Part shown: positions 37,461 to 51,350 of the stretch, one piece after another
Numbering within the stretch: the stretch's first letter is position 1
How the letters are laid out: the number at the start of each line of letters is the position of its first letter
Assembly: GCA_024137785.1 (NCBI GenBank)
Contig: JAHRHZ010000223.1
Coordinates: 15,409,652-15,473,651 of the forward strand
From: Ginglymostoma cirratum
Lineage: Eukaryota
Length of the DNA: 64,000 nt
Direction: 5' to 3'
Program-made: the position numbers and the translations under genes
The notes under the pieces: model-generated
Told to the model about the DNA's origin: nothing
The model's database searches: none
The model's input: the letters and a program-made list of their open reading frames with translations, nothing else

Positions 37461-39269
37461 ACCTGCTGGACTATAACCTGGTGTCGTGTGATTTTTGACC
37501 CTGAAGAAAGTCTAGTTTAGTTCGCTATACTTACACAGTAGCTGATCAAGACAGTCTTTGACCAATGCAACCATTTTCATGTTGTTCTATTTTATCAATA
37601 TGACTACTGTCATTGCTTCTCTTAACTTTATTTTCTTGTTCATTATAAGCTTTCAATCTGTCAACCCACTTTCTCCTCCTGTCTGTACTGTTATAATATT
37701 TAATCATCACTTAAATTTATTTTTATAGTACATTAAGACATCAGAAATCTTTACCTCCTTCAGCATTATCTTTCTTTGCACTTATGTGTGTCAAATCATC
37801 AACCTCCTTTGTCACTTCCTTTGACAATCTTCCTTTGTCACTCTTTACAACTGAAGGCTTCCTATAGAATGAATTTAGCACTTTGGTATTTTGATAAAAG
37901 AAGCATTTATTTTTGATGTGACTATTATGAGGCTTATCAATTGTTTTACAAAACTAGTCTTAAAAGGAAAGATGTACCAATCATACTTAAAAGTTCGCAA
38001 GAGACAAGTATGAATTGGCTCACCAATATTTACAATACAGCAACTGCTTCTATCAATACATTTAGAACCCATACAATTGTATAAGAACCAAATATGTCAT
38101 AAACATAATGGAAATGAGCAGCCAAAGTCTACAATAGACTGTTTTTAGTACTTTATATACCGAGCTGTGCTTTAAATTCCAATAATTTAAATTAAATAAT
38201 TCTTTAGTTAAAACAAATCTCACCAAAAGCTAACACTCTTATCTGTTCAACAAATCTAAATTCAACAAAACAATGACCTCTCTAAACTTGGATTGGTTTA
38301 GAGAGTGAGATGATAAATCACTGTTTGGTTTGTTGAATACTCTAATTTAAATAATTTAAATCAAATTTAATGTAAATTAAATCATTCAATTTAACCTGTT
38401 TAAAAAGGCTTTATTATAATTTGTTCCCTTCTCTATGTGCAGTTTATGGGCCTGCTATGATTCCATAGACTAGTCTTTTTTAGGGTGGGGGTAGCCCCAG
38501 TGATAAGCTGAAAGGCCAGGGCAACTTTGCCGAGGTGTTTTGAGGGAGCCCCAACTATGTTGTTACCAATTCAGCAGCAGGTGAGTGATCAAATAGAGGG
38601 TCAACAGCTCTTGAGTATCACCAGCACCACTAGGAATGATGGCTACTTTGGAGCTGCATCCAGCATAGAGCTCTCGTAGTGGAGAGGTGAAAGGGGGTAG
38701 TGTAGCTGTCAGACAGCCATTGTCATGGAACATTCCTTTCGCAAGCCATAAAATGCCTGAATAGGAAGGTCCCTGATCAGCATTCCCTCTAATTCTTTTT
38801 TTCTCCTGGGCCACTGAGGTCTGTGTGCAACAGTGACTTCCGGAACTGAAAGTCAATGCTGCAAACTGCGTTGATACGACAATTGCCATGCTTGGAATGT
38901 CAGATCAGCTGAGCATATATGCATGGTGAAGCTCCCAGTGATTACTAGTATACTCATGACTGTCGCAAGAACATTCCTTTAATTAGCTATTAACGTATCA
39001 CAATTAGCTTTTAAGTGGATGGACTGCCTTCTTTTTCTTTCAAAACACCATGTCAGTGGAAAGGTAGTGAGAACTTCACAACCCTACTTTTCCTCCCAAC
39101 TTCCTGACCTGTCCACCTTTCGCTCCATTCCCCACTTTCTATCAATTGCCACAGTCACACAAATGTCAGCCCATGAGTGCTACCAGCCTTCAGGTTCTCA
39201 CCCAAGTAGTCAGATGTTGAGTCTCAGTGATGCAGCTGCGCAGCAGAAACAGGAGCTACATGTATTTTT

Positions 39270-39910
39270 TTAGTAGGTTTAGATAATGAAACATTCTGAA
39301 GCACTTCACTAGAGTGCTATATAGAGAAATATAACAAGACTGTGCTAACAGGGTGGATGACCAAAAGCTTAGTCAAAGATGTAGAGTTTTAAGGAATAAG
39401 TGTTGGAGTGGTAGAAAGGGTAGGACAGAGAACTCATGGTCTTAAAGCATTGAAATGACCCCCCAGTGGTGGAATGATCAAAACCAGAGATTCTTAAGAG
39501 GCCAGACTCAGAAACAGAGATATCTCAGAGCATTAGAATAGAATAGTTAGGTGGTTGTTTTTGACTGGCACGGACGTGAAGGGCCAAAGGGCTTTTTTCT
39601 GTGCTGTGGATCTCTACGACTCTACAACATTATACAGCAGGAGGAGATTACACAGATAGGGAGGACTGAGGACATGGACAGATTCAAAACATGGGTGGGA
39701 ATTCTAAAATTAACTTATGCCTTAAGTGGCAGCCACTGTGAGTTAGTAGACCAAGTATGGTGGATAAATGGGACTTGCTGAGAGTTTGCACATGGACAGC
39801 AGAGTTTTGGATGTCTTCAATTTTACAGAGGATAGAATGTGAGACACTAGTCAGGAATGTGTTGGTTTCTTCAAGTCTAGAGCCAACAGAGCCAAGCATG
39901 GGGTATTCAG
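39270..39910 (-). mobile_element. L2-like LINE 3' fragment
   Basis: GATGACCAAAAGCTTAGTCAAAGATGTAGAGTTTTAAGG, GGCCAGA, AGCAGAGTTTTGGATG. Confidence 0.65.
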
Positions 39911-40334
39911 CAGCAGGTCATGTTCATCCGTAATGCAAAGAGTTGTCATTCAGGCTGACATAGGGTCAACAGGGTAATTTATTCTGGCTTGTGTGGCACA
40001 TTTTGCAGTATCTCTCAACTGCGGTGCAAGCTGAGCAAGTTACCACAATTTTCAGATCAAATCTGGGACCTTGTGCACCAGTGTGGCTCAGTCCCATGTT
40101 GCACCATGTCTGAAGACACTGGGGGAACTACTTTGGGTTACTCTTGCCTGCATTTTCCGGTATAACAAATTGATGGAACTAAAAGTTTGACAACCATTTT
40201 CAGCTGCCCGTCCTGACAGTTGAGAAATGGTTGCATTCCCACATTGGGGTGGGGAGGTGGAAGGTAAAAAATACACTTTCTAGACATTTTGTGCAATGTA
40301 ACTGGCTCTTCATTAAGCATATTTAAAAAGTACA

Positions 40335-41750
40335 TGACCGTAAGGCCATAAGACGTAGGTGCAGAAATAGGCCGTTTGGCCCATTGAATCTGTTCCACCT
40401 CATCTAATGATACTCAATTCCTCTTTTCTGCTTTTTCCCTATAACCCTTGATTCTTTTACGGATCAAAAATCTATCTATCTCAGCCTTGAATATACGTAA
40501 CGACTGAGCCTCTACAGCCCTGCGTGGAAAAATAATCAGCAGATTCACTACGATCGAAGAAACAAAATTCCTCCTTCTCTCTATCCTATCTCTATCTCTA
40601 TCCTAACTACCCTGAACCTTACATTATAGTATCCCTACTTTGCAGATAGAGGTCATTTGGCCCTTTGAGTCAGCACCAATCCTCCAAAGTCCATCCCAGC
40701 CTATCCCTGTAACCGCGCATTCACCAAAGTTAGCCAACCTAGCCTGCAAACTACAGAGTATTTAGCATAGCCAATCCACCTAACTTTTACTTCTTTGTGA
40801 CTGTGGAAGGTAACCTGGAGGAAACCCATACAAGACATGGGGAGAACATGCAAACTCCACAGAGAATCACCTAAGGCTTGAATCAAACCCAAGTGCCTCA
40901 TGCTGTGAGGCAGCAATTTTGAGAACAGTGCCATCATCTCACCCCATGTACCAGAGTTCTGTAGTCTCCCACGACTCTGTCAAGCCCCCTAAGAAACTTA
41001 CATGTTTCAAAATGTCCCACCCTCATTCTTTTAAATTTCAATGAGAACGGGCTCAAACTACTCAACCTTTTTTCATAGAACAATCCTTCCATGCCCAGGA
41101 TCAATGTGGTGAACCTTCTCTAGATTGCCTCCAATGATGTATATTTTTCTTTAGATAAGGAGACCAAAATTGTTCACAGCATTTAGTGATCTATTATCTG
41201 CGCTTGTATGCTAACTTCTTGTGATTCACGCACAGGGATCCTCAAATCCCTTTGTGTTACAGCTTTCTGGAGTTTTTTTTCCATTTAAGTAATATTCAGC
41301 ACCTCTATTGTTGCTTCCAAAGTCCATAACCTCACATTTTCTCACATTATATTCAATTTGCCAAGTCTTTGGCTACTCACTTAACCTGTTTATGGCTCTT
41401 CCAATTCATTTTGTGTCATTCACTAACTTGGTGATTGTGCATGACTTTTGTTAGTTAGCAAATCCCATGTCCAATACTAATATACTATCCCCAACACCAT
41501 TGGCTCTTGATTAAAGACTTTATTGTGTTACCTTTCTGAATGCCTTTTGGAAATCCAAATCTACGGGTTCTCCTTTATCTATCCTATTTGTTACCTCGTC
41601 AAAGATTTCTAACAGATTGGTGAGGCATGATTTTCCCTTCAAGAAGACATGCTAACTCTGATTGTTTACATTGTTTACTTCTAAATGCCCTGTTATTGCA
41701 TTCTTTATAATAGACTCTAATATCTTCTTAATGACAGATGTCAGGACTGA
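40335..41750 (-). mobile_element. CR1 LINE 3' ~1 kb, interrupted by an HE1 SINE
   Basis: Tail GACCGTAAGGCCATAAGAC; GTGAACCTTCTCTAGATTGCCTCC; GCCTTTTGGAAATCCAAAT (reverse of the RT LDFQKAF motif). Confidence 0.85.
40625..40945 (-). mobile_element. HE1-type V-SINE
   Basis: Minus strand TGCTGCCTCACAGC...TGTGGAGTTTGCATGTTCTCCCCATGTC..GGGTTTCCTCC...GTTAGGTGGATTGGCTATGCTAAA matches the V-SINE central domain. Confidence 0.85.
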
Positions 41751-42019
41751 TTAGGAAGCTATCAACTCGCAGACCTGCATATTTACTTTACTTGTGAATT
41801 TTTCTCACATTAAGTTATAAATATCAGTCATAATGCAGTAAAATGCCACATTGGCAGGGGTGTAAAATGCATGAAAGCTCCTTGTTACACACCCTGTCGA
41901 TCTGATATCATGTGTCCTCTGTCCCAACAGATATTGAATTTCAACAAATCATATTTAATTATATTATTAAGTATAGAGCTGCTTCAAAACCCTCTCATTA
42001 GTTAAAAATCTCATCCCAT

Positions 42020-43400
42020 GCAGCCAATCTTCATATAAATTATCACTATTACTGGAAAAGTAGTTTGTAGACTACAACACATTTTAAAACAGTTTTTATT
42101 ATGCAATTATATCTAGGGACCAGTTCTGACTCTGATACTTATTTGTTTTATAATCTGTAGTAAGATCCCTCAAATCTGTCATTTCCACAGTGAACTGAAT
42201 AATTGACCAGGTCAAAACAGGAGACAGTTTGCCCAGCAGTTTGACCTTTAACTTTCCTTTGCTAAATAGCCCTTAATTGATGCAGTTGTCTGTCATCTGG
42301 GTAGCAAATGATTTCAGTAAGGTCAACAAGGGAAAGTCTGCTGGTTTCATAACAGGATTCTCATGAACAATTTCAGATTAAACAGATTGAATGAAAATTC
42401 AAATATAACAGCTATATCACTCTAAGTTACTTTCCATAGTGTTGCATTGCTCAGGAATGGTTTGTTCATTCTTCTGCTCAGGTCAAACTAAAAATACGCG
42501 TAATTCAGACAAATTATATAATATTACATGGCTTGGAAATTGTACTGTGAAATGTTAGTATTTGAATGCTTAATGTGTCAGCACAGAATACTTTCCTCTG
42601 TTTTTACTGAAAAGAGATATTAACTCATTTTTAGATAGGTATGTTGATGTCTTCACACAAATAGCAAAGGTATGTTATTTGCGAATATTAGATATTTGAA
42701 TAACAGCCATATAATTTCAACCTGATTTAATACTCTGATTATTTAATGTTTTTCATACTAATTTGCCTTAAAACACTTCACACAGTGAATTAGATTTTGA
42801 AGTGTAAAACTATAGCAGCTATTGGGGGAAATATTAGAATATTCGAATGTTAGAATATTTAGCGGCAACTAAAAGTTATAACAGGGAATATATCCAGGCA
42901 GTCTACAAAAGATGCTGGTTTGTAAAAGGTTCATTGATTTGAGAATTGAGTTCTATTGTTACTTTTGTTTATTCTTGATTTGAACACCGGATTGGCAGTC
43001 AAGCAAGCCAACGAATTGTGATACCACTTCATTCATCAAAAACCTAACACTAAATTTTAATGTTAGCAAGGGGCAATAACATTGCTGACACAAATACTAC
43101 TAAAATCATTTAAATTTAGATTAACAAGTTCACATATAGCTACTTTGGATCATTTTAACTGTCAGTTTGCTCTGCACAGCAAATCACCTATGTAGTATAT
43201 GAGTTAGCACTTTTATCAAAGCAGTGTTTTTGGACACAATTTGCTGTTTTAAAAAAGTGTAATCTATCTATTAGTATGCAACTCTGTATAGCAACTCTAC
43301 ATTAAACTGAAAGTTGATAGTAAGTTGTTGATGATCTCCAGTAAGGTCTCTAGATTCTGTCATTTCTATTATGAACTGAATAATTGACGGGGTCTAAACA
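42020..43400 (+). repeat. Ancient dispersed direct duplication (~200 bp; copies ~42020-42220 and ~43170-43400)
   Basis: TCTGTCATTTC and TGAACTGAATAATTGAC are identical at offset 1181 bp; the flanks align with many mismatches. Confidence 0.7.
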
Positions 43401-45104
43401 ATTCTATGATACAATCTCTTGAAGATGCCCTTCCTTTATTCATAAACCCACCCAAGTTACATCCTCAAACTAAAAGCACTTCCTATTCATACAAAATTTG
43501 TTGTATAACTGTAGCAACAGGAGATGCTGTTTAACAGCCTAACAATGTCACATTACACCTTTGGATTCTTTCTGGGGACCATAGGCTAATAAGGACATTT
43601 GTTCAGGCAATGAAAATGGTAACATGAGATTGTCCCTTGAGGACTTCAAACGTCTGTTACCCATCATTGTGCCTGACTGGCTTACTGAAAGAGGAAATGT
43701 CTGCAAGTGCATTTATAGATCAACAAGCCAACTAAAATGTCAAAGACAAATATTGTGATATAAGACTTCTATACTTGGAATTAGTAATTCTTTCACTTAT
43801 AAAAGGGAACCAATTGACGCAGATTTATGTTTAATTTACATAATAGTGAATTGAATTCAAATAGTAAGATAAACAAAATCCCACAAAGAAATACACTTTG
43901 TATATTTACCAAATTGGGATATGATTTACATCAGATGGAATGGATTAGCAGATTAAAATATTATAATGTGGAAAATAGCATTGCAACATTGATATTAAGA
44001 TGTAACAAGATATGGAGACAGATTAGCTGATAAGAAACTTGGATAAATGGATGGTATGCAAGTCAGAAATAAGAAATTGAAATAACAACCATTCGTGTAA
44101 CAGTATAGAATATTAAAAAAATGCTCTATTGAAATTGTGTCAGAGATGTTAACTTTTAAGAATGGAATTCAGAGGTTTTCATTTAACAGAAATCTTTAGA
44201 ATGAAAAGAACTTTGATTGGAGTAAGAAGTTTAAATACTTGTGCCCATCATGCTAAGGATTACTAATTCTCAGTAATGGAAAATTTTTCACTTTAGACAT
44301 CAGTAGTCACATTAAAATTAGTCTCTACCAGAGATAACAGGATAACTGGATGCAGAGTAAATCTTTCTTCACCAACAATATGATATAGTCCCAAACTTAG
44401 AAGATTATGTCCTCTGGTATTTGTGTGACAATATTGTCCATTTTCCAAACCAGTCCTCTTGATGTCTTCCTGGTTTTAAATTGAAATGGAATTGTTTTTA
44501 TACTGTGTATTTTACAATTTCAGAATGTTTCAAAGCACTTCAGAGCTAATGAAGCAATTTTGAAATGTAACCACTGCTAAAATGTAATGAAACATGGTAG
44601 CTGATTTGCGCATAACAAGGATACACAAGCAGTGCTGAGATTTGGGTTGCCAATTGGTTCCGGATTATTGACTGCTTTGTGCTGTAGGTGCGTGTCCATT
44701 AGCAGTCCAATCAACATAAAACCCTTACAGCCAGCCCCAAACAAAATAACACAAACTTTGCACTTAAGTACGAGCTTTCTTGCCCTTGGGAAGTTCAAAC
44801 ACTTCACAATGAGGGAATTAATTTTGAAATCGAGTCATTATTTTTATGGATTAAAGGCTTTGATTTAAACCTAGGTTTCACAGGTACCAGAAATACAAAA
44901 TATAAGAAATGAAAACTATGTAATATAATTATGCATCTTACTTTAAAAGTATCACAACTGCATGTACAACGCATTTTGCATAACAATTTCATTTCATTTC
45001 ATTTTAAAAAAAAATTCAACTACAAATCTGAAGCAATGTAAGTTAGAGTCAAACTGAGATTAAAAGAAAATTCATCTTGAAGATACCATACAGCAGAATT
45101 TTTT

Positions 45105-45430
45105 GTACAATTCATTCTTGGTATTTGGGTATGGCTGGCTAGGTCAGCATTTATTGCACAGAAGGTAGTTAAGAGTTAATCACATTGCAAAGTCTTTGGA
45201 GTCACATGTTGGCCATCCCAGGTAAGGATGGCAGGTTTCCTACCCAAAAAAACATCAGTGAACAGATGGATTTTTTTGTGACAATCAACAGTGGTCATCA
45301 TGAACATTTTATATGAAATTGTTATTAGATTCAGATTTCTGCCATGGTGGATTTAAACTCACATCCCTAGAATATCAGTCTAGGACACTGGATTATGAGT
45401 CCACTGAATGATCTCTCAGCCACTGCCTCA
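45105..45430 (-). mobile_element. tRNA-derived SINE
   Basis: CAGCATTTATTG, CAGGTAAGGATGGCAGGTTTCCT, CTGCCATGGTGGATTTAAAC. Confidence 0.75.
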
Positions 45431-46689
45431 TCCATTTCATTCAGATATTATGGGCCTGTTTGTACAATATGTATTATAGATGATGAAAGAATTTGTTTAA
45501 AGATCATGTAAAAATGGTGCACATAACAATGAATTGTGGGCATGTTTAAATACTGTTTCATTGAACAGAATTGAATTGTCTGAAGAAGAGGTAAAGAAAT
45601 TTATGGTACCTGGGAACTATTGTTTATTTCCCAGTTGTTAATGACAGTGATATTATTTTGTGAAAGAATGTGAAGATAAAAGTAAAAGAAATAGTGCCAG
45701 AAATTGGAAGGAAAGACAGGAAATTATGGAAATGCACAGCAGGTGAGTCAGCACATGAATGAGGAAAGGCAAGTTAAAGCTTCTGAATGAATATAATCTT
45801 CTTGAAAATAAACCTATCTTTCTCTTTCAGCTACTCGACAACCAGCTTTGGACTTTAATCATTTCCTATTTGATTATACATTGATGTTGTCTCAAAAAGA
45901 GGAAAGCAGCAGAGAGGAAATGCAATGGAAGGTGGACAGATTTGACCTCATCCAGCTTTTAGCTGAAGATTAAAAAAAAAGCATTGGAATGATTTATGAA
46001 ATGTTTATACGTAGGTAATAAACATGCACTTCTTGCCTGGATAAGACTGCAGACTCTCACAGTGGCTGTCGTGAGAAGAATAGTTTGGCTCGCATCTTAC
46101 AGCTATTATTCAAATGTCAGTGTTTGATATTAAGCTCTTATCCATGCAAAAGGTACTGACTCCTTATGTATAAACATGCAGTCAGCATGGCACCAGGCCT
46201 TGAAAGGACATTGGAATTATTAGACAGTTTGCTGTAAAATCTTATACTGAAGTAGCATCATGATGTTGGTGACAGGAGGAAAGTTCGAGGTTGTTTTTCC
46301 AGAATACCGCACTCATTTATTCATTTCTGGGTTAACAGCCTTCGTTTAACCTAATCTGATTTGGATATTTAAAGTCTTCGCATATATTGTTAAATCTTGA
46401 ATTTACATAAAATATCAGCAGATTCATTATGGACAATACATACTGCTATCTACAGGCCAGCTTATGATTCTGTGTAGGGACAGCTTTGATGGTAACTGTG
46501 TAATAGCAGATAAGGCATTGTAGGGTTTAATAAGAGTCAGTAGAGTCATATAAGAGGATTCTAATAAATCAGCAACCTCAAGGAATGGAAAATGAATGGT
46601 TTATATTGGCAACTGTCTCAGGCTAAACCAGACTACTTACAACATTTGTATCATATTTGAAACCGTAATGAGATTTTGGCCACATATGC

Positions 46690-47225
46690 AAACATTACTA
46701 ACTATACCTATTTCAAACTCTGACACCGCATAACCCTGTCCCTGCATCAGATCATTTACTCTTGAAATCTTTCTCTATGCCTTTTTTTGTCTCTAGAAAT
46801 GACTAATCTGAGCACTTCTTGCCAACTGCACATCTTCCACACTTCATCAACTTAAAGGCGTGTAACATTTCACTGGTTGAGTTCTATCTCACATCAAATC
46901 CTGTTCACTCATCACCTTAGTGTCCGCTGAACTATATTGACTCCCAATTAAACAATATTGTGACTTTATAATTCTTATTCTTATTTCAAATCCTTCCATT
47001 GTTTTGACCCTCCCTGTATCTTTCCAACTCTTGCCCTTCTTTATTTGTCCTTCTTTAATTCTAACTCTCAAGCATCTACAATTTTAATTGATTTACTATT
47101 GATGGATGCGCCTTCAGTTCTCAAGATTCTTTAAGCTCTGCAAATCTTCCCCTAAGCATCCCTGCTTTACTCTCTGTTTATTCCTCCTTTAACACACTCT
47201 TTAAAATTTATCCTTTTGACCAAAC
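46690..47225 (+). mobile_element. L2-like LINE 3' fragment
   Basis: CTGTTCACTCATCACC.TAGTG, TTTATAATTCTTATTCTTATTTCAAATCCTTCCAT, CTTTAAAATTTATCCTTTTGACCAAA. Confidence 0.65.
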
Positions 47226-47329
47226 TACAGAGAATTTTTCCAACAGTCTCCAGGTGCACAATATGAGCAGCATGTTACCAGCTAAAGAAGAGCTGGTGGG
47301 AAACAATGAATGATAATAAAAATAGAAAT

Positions 47330-47765
47330 TCTCAGAAGGTCTTATGCTTTGCCCTGGATGGTGCCAATCTTCATGAGTGCTATTGGAGTCACCCATCCAG
47401 GCAAGTGGAGAGTAATTCGATCACATCCCTGACTTGTGTCTTGTAGATGTGGACAGGTTTTGGGGAGTCAGGAGGTGAGTTACTTGCTGTAGGATTCCTA
47501 GTCTCTGACTGCTCTTGTAGCCACTGTATTTATAAGTTTCTTGTCAATGGTAATCCCCAGGATGTTGATAGTGGGATATTCAGTGATTGTAATGCCATTG
47601 AATATCAAGAGGTGGTAGTTAGATCGTTTCTTATTCATGATGACGTTGCCTGTCATTTCTGAGGCACAAATGTTACATGATACTTTTCAGCCCAAGCCTG
47701 CATAATGTCCAGGCCTTGTTGCATTTGACTGCTTCGGTATCTGAGGAGTCACAAATGGTGCTGAA
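47330..47765 (-). mobile_element. LINE (CR1/L2 group) RT-region fragment
   Basis: CATCCAGGCAAGTGGAGAGTA, TGGGGAGTCAGGAGGTGAGTTACT, GTCAATGGTAATCCCCAGGATGTTGAT, GTATCTGAGGAGTC. Confidence 0.7.
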
Positions 47766-47769
47766 CAGA

Positions 47770-48235
47770 GGGTGCATAGAATAATTACAGGGATGTTGCC
47801 TGGGCTGGTGAGTTCTGTATGGAAAGATTATGGAATTGCTTTCCTTGGAGCAGCGAAGGTTATGAGGGTACCTGATATGAGTGTATAAGATTATGAAGAG
47901 CATAGACGGGGTGGATGGAAAGGCAGTTTCCATTAGTAGAGGGGTCAACAACGACGGGACATAGATTTAGGTAAGAGGTAGAAGGTGAAAAGGAGTGTTG
48001 GGGAGAATGGTTTTTCACTGAGAGGTGGTGGAAATTTGGAAGCTGCTGCCTGAAAGGGTGGTTAAGTCAGAAATTCTGGTAATATTTAAGCACTGCGTAA
48101 GTGTTCAGTTGCAATGTCACAGTCTCCAAGGCTATGTGCGAAAAGATAGAAAATGGCATTAGTGTAGTCAGATTTTTGTTGACCGACAGGGAGACAATGG
48201 GCCTGATGGCTTCCTTCTATGATGTAACCATCTAT
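47770..48235 (+). mobile_element. CR1 3' fragment
   Basis: ACAGGGATGTTGCCTGGGCTG...TCCTTGGAGCAGCGAAGG...TTTTTCACTGAGAGGTGGTG...GACAATGGGCC. Confidence 0.8.
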
Positions 48236-48269
48236 AAGTCAAGATTAAAAAAAAATTGAATTGCATCGG

Positions 48270-48705
48270 GCTTTTCACAATTTAAAGATCTCAGTTTGAT
48301 GTTTTAAATGGAGCTACTTTCAATGTGTAGTCACAGTTGAAATGTAGAAAGCAAAACAGCATAGGAAACCTCCATAAACAGAAGAATAATTAGGTTTTTG
48401 GTGTTGTTGCTTGCAGGATAAATATTGTACAGAAAATTAAGCGTAACACCCAGCTTTTCTTCACATTAGTGCTGCGAGACTTTTACAACTACGTGGGAGG
48501 CCCATCGTTTAAAATATCTTATCTAGAAGGCAGCATCCAAGGACAGTGCAACATTTTCTCAGTAGTGCACTGGAGCGCTAACCAATATTTTCCCAGTGCT
48601 ACACTGGAGAGCTAACCAACATTTTTGTACTTAAAGCTCTGGAGTAAGACTTGAGGCCCCGACTTTTGATTCCGAATGTAAAAGTAGAACCCATTGAGCC
48701 AAGAT
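48270..48705 (-). mobile_element. Deu-domain SINE with internal ~35-bp duplication
   Basis: Reverse complement of the 32600-type element (ACAGTGCAACATTTTCTCAGTAGTGCACTGGAG, CCATTGAGCCAAG). Confidence 0.6.
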
Positions 48706-49519
48706 CACTTCATTAGAAAAGCACCACTGAAAATAATATGATGCAATTCCTTTCTTAAACTGTAACTACAATGTTGCCTCGAACATTCTTGATGATATTT
48801 AAAGTTGACAGTCCAGTTTTTGAGTTAATTGTGGGACCTTGGGAATTTTATTGTTCCAACGCTAAGATGGATGTTTATTTTAGTACCAAAATAAATTCTA
48901 ATCACCAGAGGAAACAGCATCGTGCAAATCTTGAGCTAAGTATAATGTTAACTGCAAAACAGATGCTGCAATGTACAATTTCCTTTCTATTTTTAATACA
49001 CTTTCATCTTGTTTCAATGGAAGCCATGGAGGAAAAAAATTGTTTGTTCTATTGGAAAGCAGTTTCATTGCTTTTAATAAAATTGATCATTCCTTTCATT
49101 GCGAAACAGCTAATACAAGGTGGGTAGTGTTACAGGAATCAAACACATAGAAAGGTCCAAATGACACCGTAACCATGGAACAATGCTTAAGTGGCTGATG
49201 AAGTGAGAGAATAGACAAACTGATGTTTAAAGGGTAAGCCTTTTTTGAAATCGTTCTAGTCTTAGCAAAGTTGTACACTAAGAATATTATCCTGCCTTTT
49301 CATAAATAAGGAATGACCTAATGTGCATTTCTAGCATTTTGTGCTTTTTTTCCTCTATCTCCAGCATTTGTAGTTAATTTTCTTTGGAGCTGATGAATGA
49401 TGTTGAATTTACATCATCATAGGAATGGATTGGATGATTCCAGCAATAGGTATGAACAGAAATGATCAAATGTATAAGACATAATGGAGTCCAAATCAAA
49501 CCACATTATTGGAATAATT

Positions 49520-51350
49520 GAATCATAGAAAGTTGTATCACAGAACTTGGAGTCTTAGCCCATGCTATCAATGCCAACCAAGCAATGCAGCCTCATCCCA
49601 CTTTCCAGTTCTCAGTCCATTGCCCTGTATAGTGCAATTTTGCAAATGCACATTAAATACTTCTTCAATATGACAGAGTGGGTGAGACACAAAATCTCTT
49701 CAGGAAATGCATTAAGTCTCATAAACCTCTGGGTAAATAATTTCTCAACTCCCCTCTAATCTTCCTAACAATTACGTTGAATTACTTTTGTTCTCTGATA
49801 GTTGTCCTTTCTGCCAAGGGAAATAGATTTTGCCTCTTCTTTCTGTCTAGGCCTCATATAATTTTGTATACAGCCATCTGTCCAAAAGGAAACAACCAAA
49901 AAAGCATCCTAAAGGAAAAGACAGAGTTAACATTTTGGGTCTGGTGACCCTTCCTCAGAACGGTCAAGTTTTGAGGAAGGGTCACTGGACCTGAAACGTT
50001 AACTGTGTTGTTTCCTTCACAGATGCTGCCAGACCTGCTGAGCTTTTCCAGCAACTTTATTTTTGTTCCTGACTTAGAGCATCCACAGTTCTTTCGGTTT
50101 TTATTCAAAAAAGCATCCTATTTAGTCTATCCTTGCAGCTGAAATTTGCTAGTTCTAGCAACATGATCAACCTTATCCTCTCGAAAGCAATCATATCTTA
50201 CAGAGAATGCAGAGGCCAGATCTGCATGCAGTATTTTAGCTGTGTCTTATCTAAAGTTTTATACAGCAACATCGCCCACTCTTATATTCTATACCGTGAT
50301 AAATAAAGGAGAGTATCTTATATGCCTTCTTAACCACATTATCTACATGTCCTGCTATCTCTAGAGATTTTGGCTATGTACTCCAAAAGTCCCTCTACAC
50401 TACTACAGTTCACAGTAATCTATCATTTAATGTGCATTTGCTTACCTTGTTTGTCTTCTCAAATGCATTACCTCATACTTTTCTGGATTGAATTCCATTT
50501 TTTGCTCCTTTGTCATCTTGTCTATGAATGTATTTTTGCAGTATGCACCTTTTATTACTATCAATCACACAGCAAATTTGCAAATATTATTTGCAAACCC
50601 TTTAATCATATATCATGTGTATGTCTAAATGATGGATATATGCTTTGAACAGCTAGGGACCCAGAACAGAATTCTGTGAAGCCCACTGAAAACAGAAGTA
50701 AGAGTTACGAAATGCTGAATAGCCATTACCCTCTGCTTGCTGCCACTGAGTCAATTTTGGAACGACAATGCCACATTTCTTGGGTCCCTTTGACTTCTGC
50801 TTTTCTGATTAGACTGTCAATTGAGACCTTAGAAAAATCTTTGCTAAAATCCATGTAAAGCACTATCCTCATCAACTGTCCTTGTAACCTCTTCAAATAA
50901 TTTAATCAAACTATTCAGGCACAACTTTTCCTTGACAAATCTGGGCTGACAGTTCTTGATTAATTCCTACTTTTCTCAGTACCGATTAATAATGTCACGC
51001 AACAGTTTTTCCAACAATCTCCCTACAATCAAGATTTAGCTAGTTGGTCTGTAATTATGTCTTTCTTCCCTTCTAGACAATGGTGCAATATTCACAGCAT
51101 TTCAAGTGTCGTGCACCCTCCTCTGTAGCCTGAGGATTGGAAAATGATGCTCAAAGCCTCCATTGTTCCTCTTACTTCTCTTTGTAGTCTGGGATCATTG
51201 ATTCATTGTGATTTATCTGCTTTCAAAGATTCCTAGCAATTTAATAGATCATCCCTTACTGATTTATCCCATCCAATGTTCTTCACCCTTCTTGACAACA
51301 ATGGCTGCATTGCCTTCTTTCTCTGTAAGTACAGGTGCAAGGTATTCATT
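49520..51350 (-). mobile_element. Old CR1 fragment (~1.6 kb)
   Basis: CTCTGGGTAAATAATTTCTC, CCTTCTTAACCAC.TTATCTAC.TGTCCTGC, CTTGCTAAAATCCATGTA (reverse of YMDFSK). Confidence 0.7.
49912..50105. mobile_element. Palindromic Penelope-derived insertion with 15-bp TSD
   Basis: CAAAAAAGCATCCTA at 49897-49911 and 50106-50120. Inverted arms carry opposed hammerhead motifs. Confidence 0.85.
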
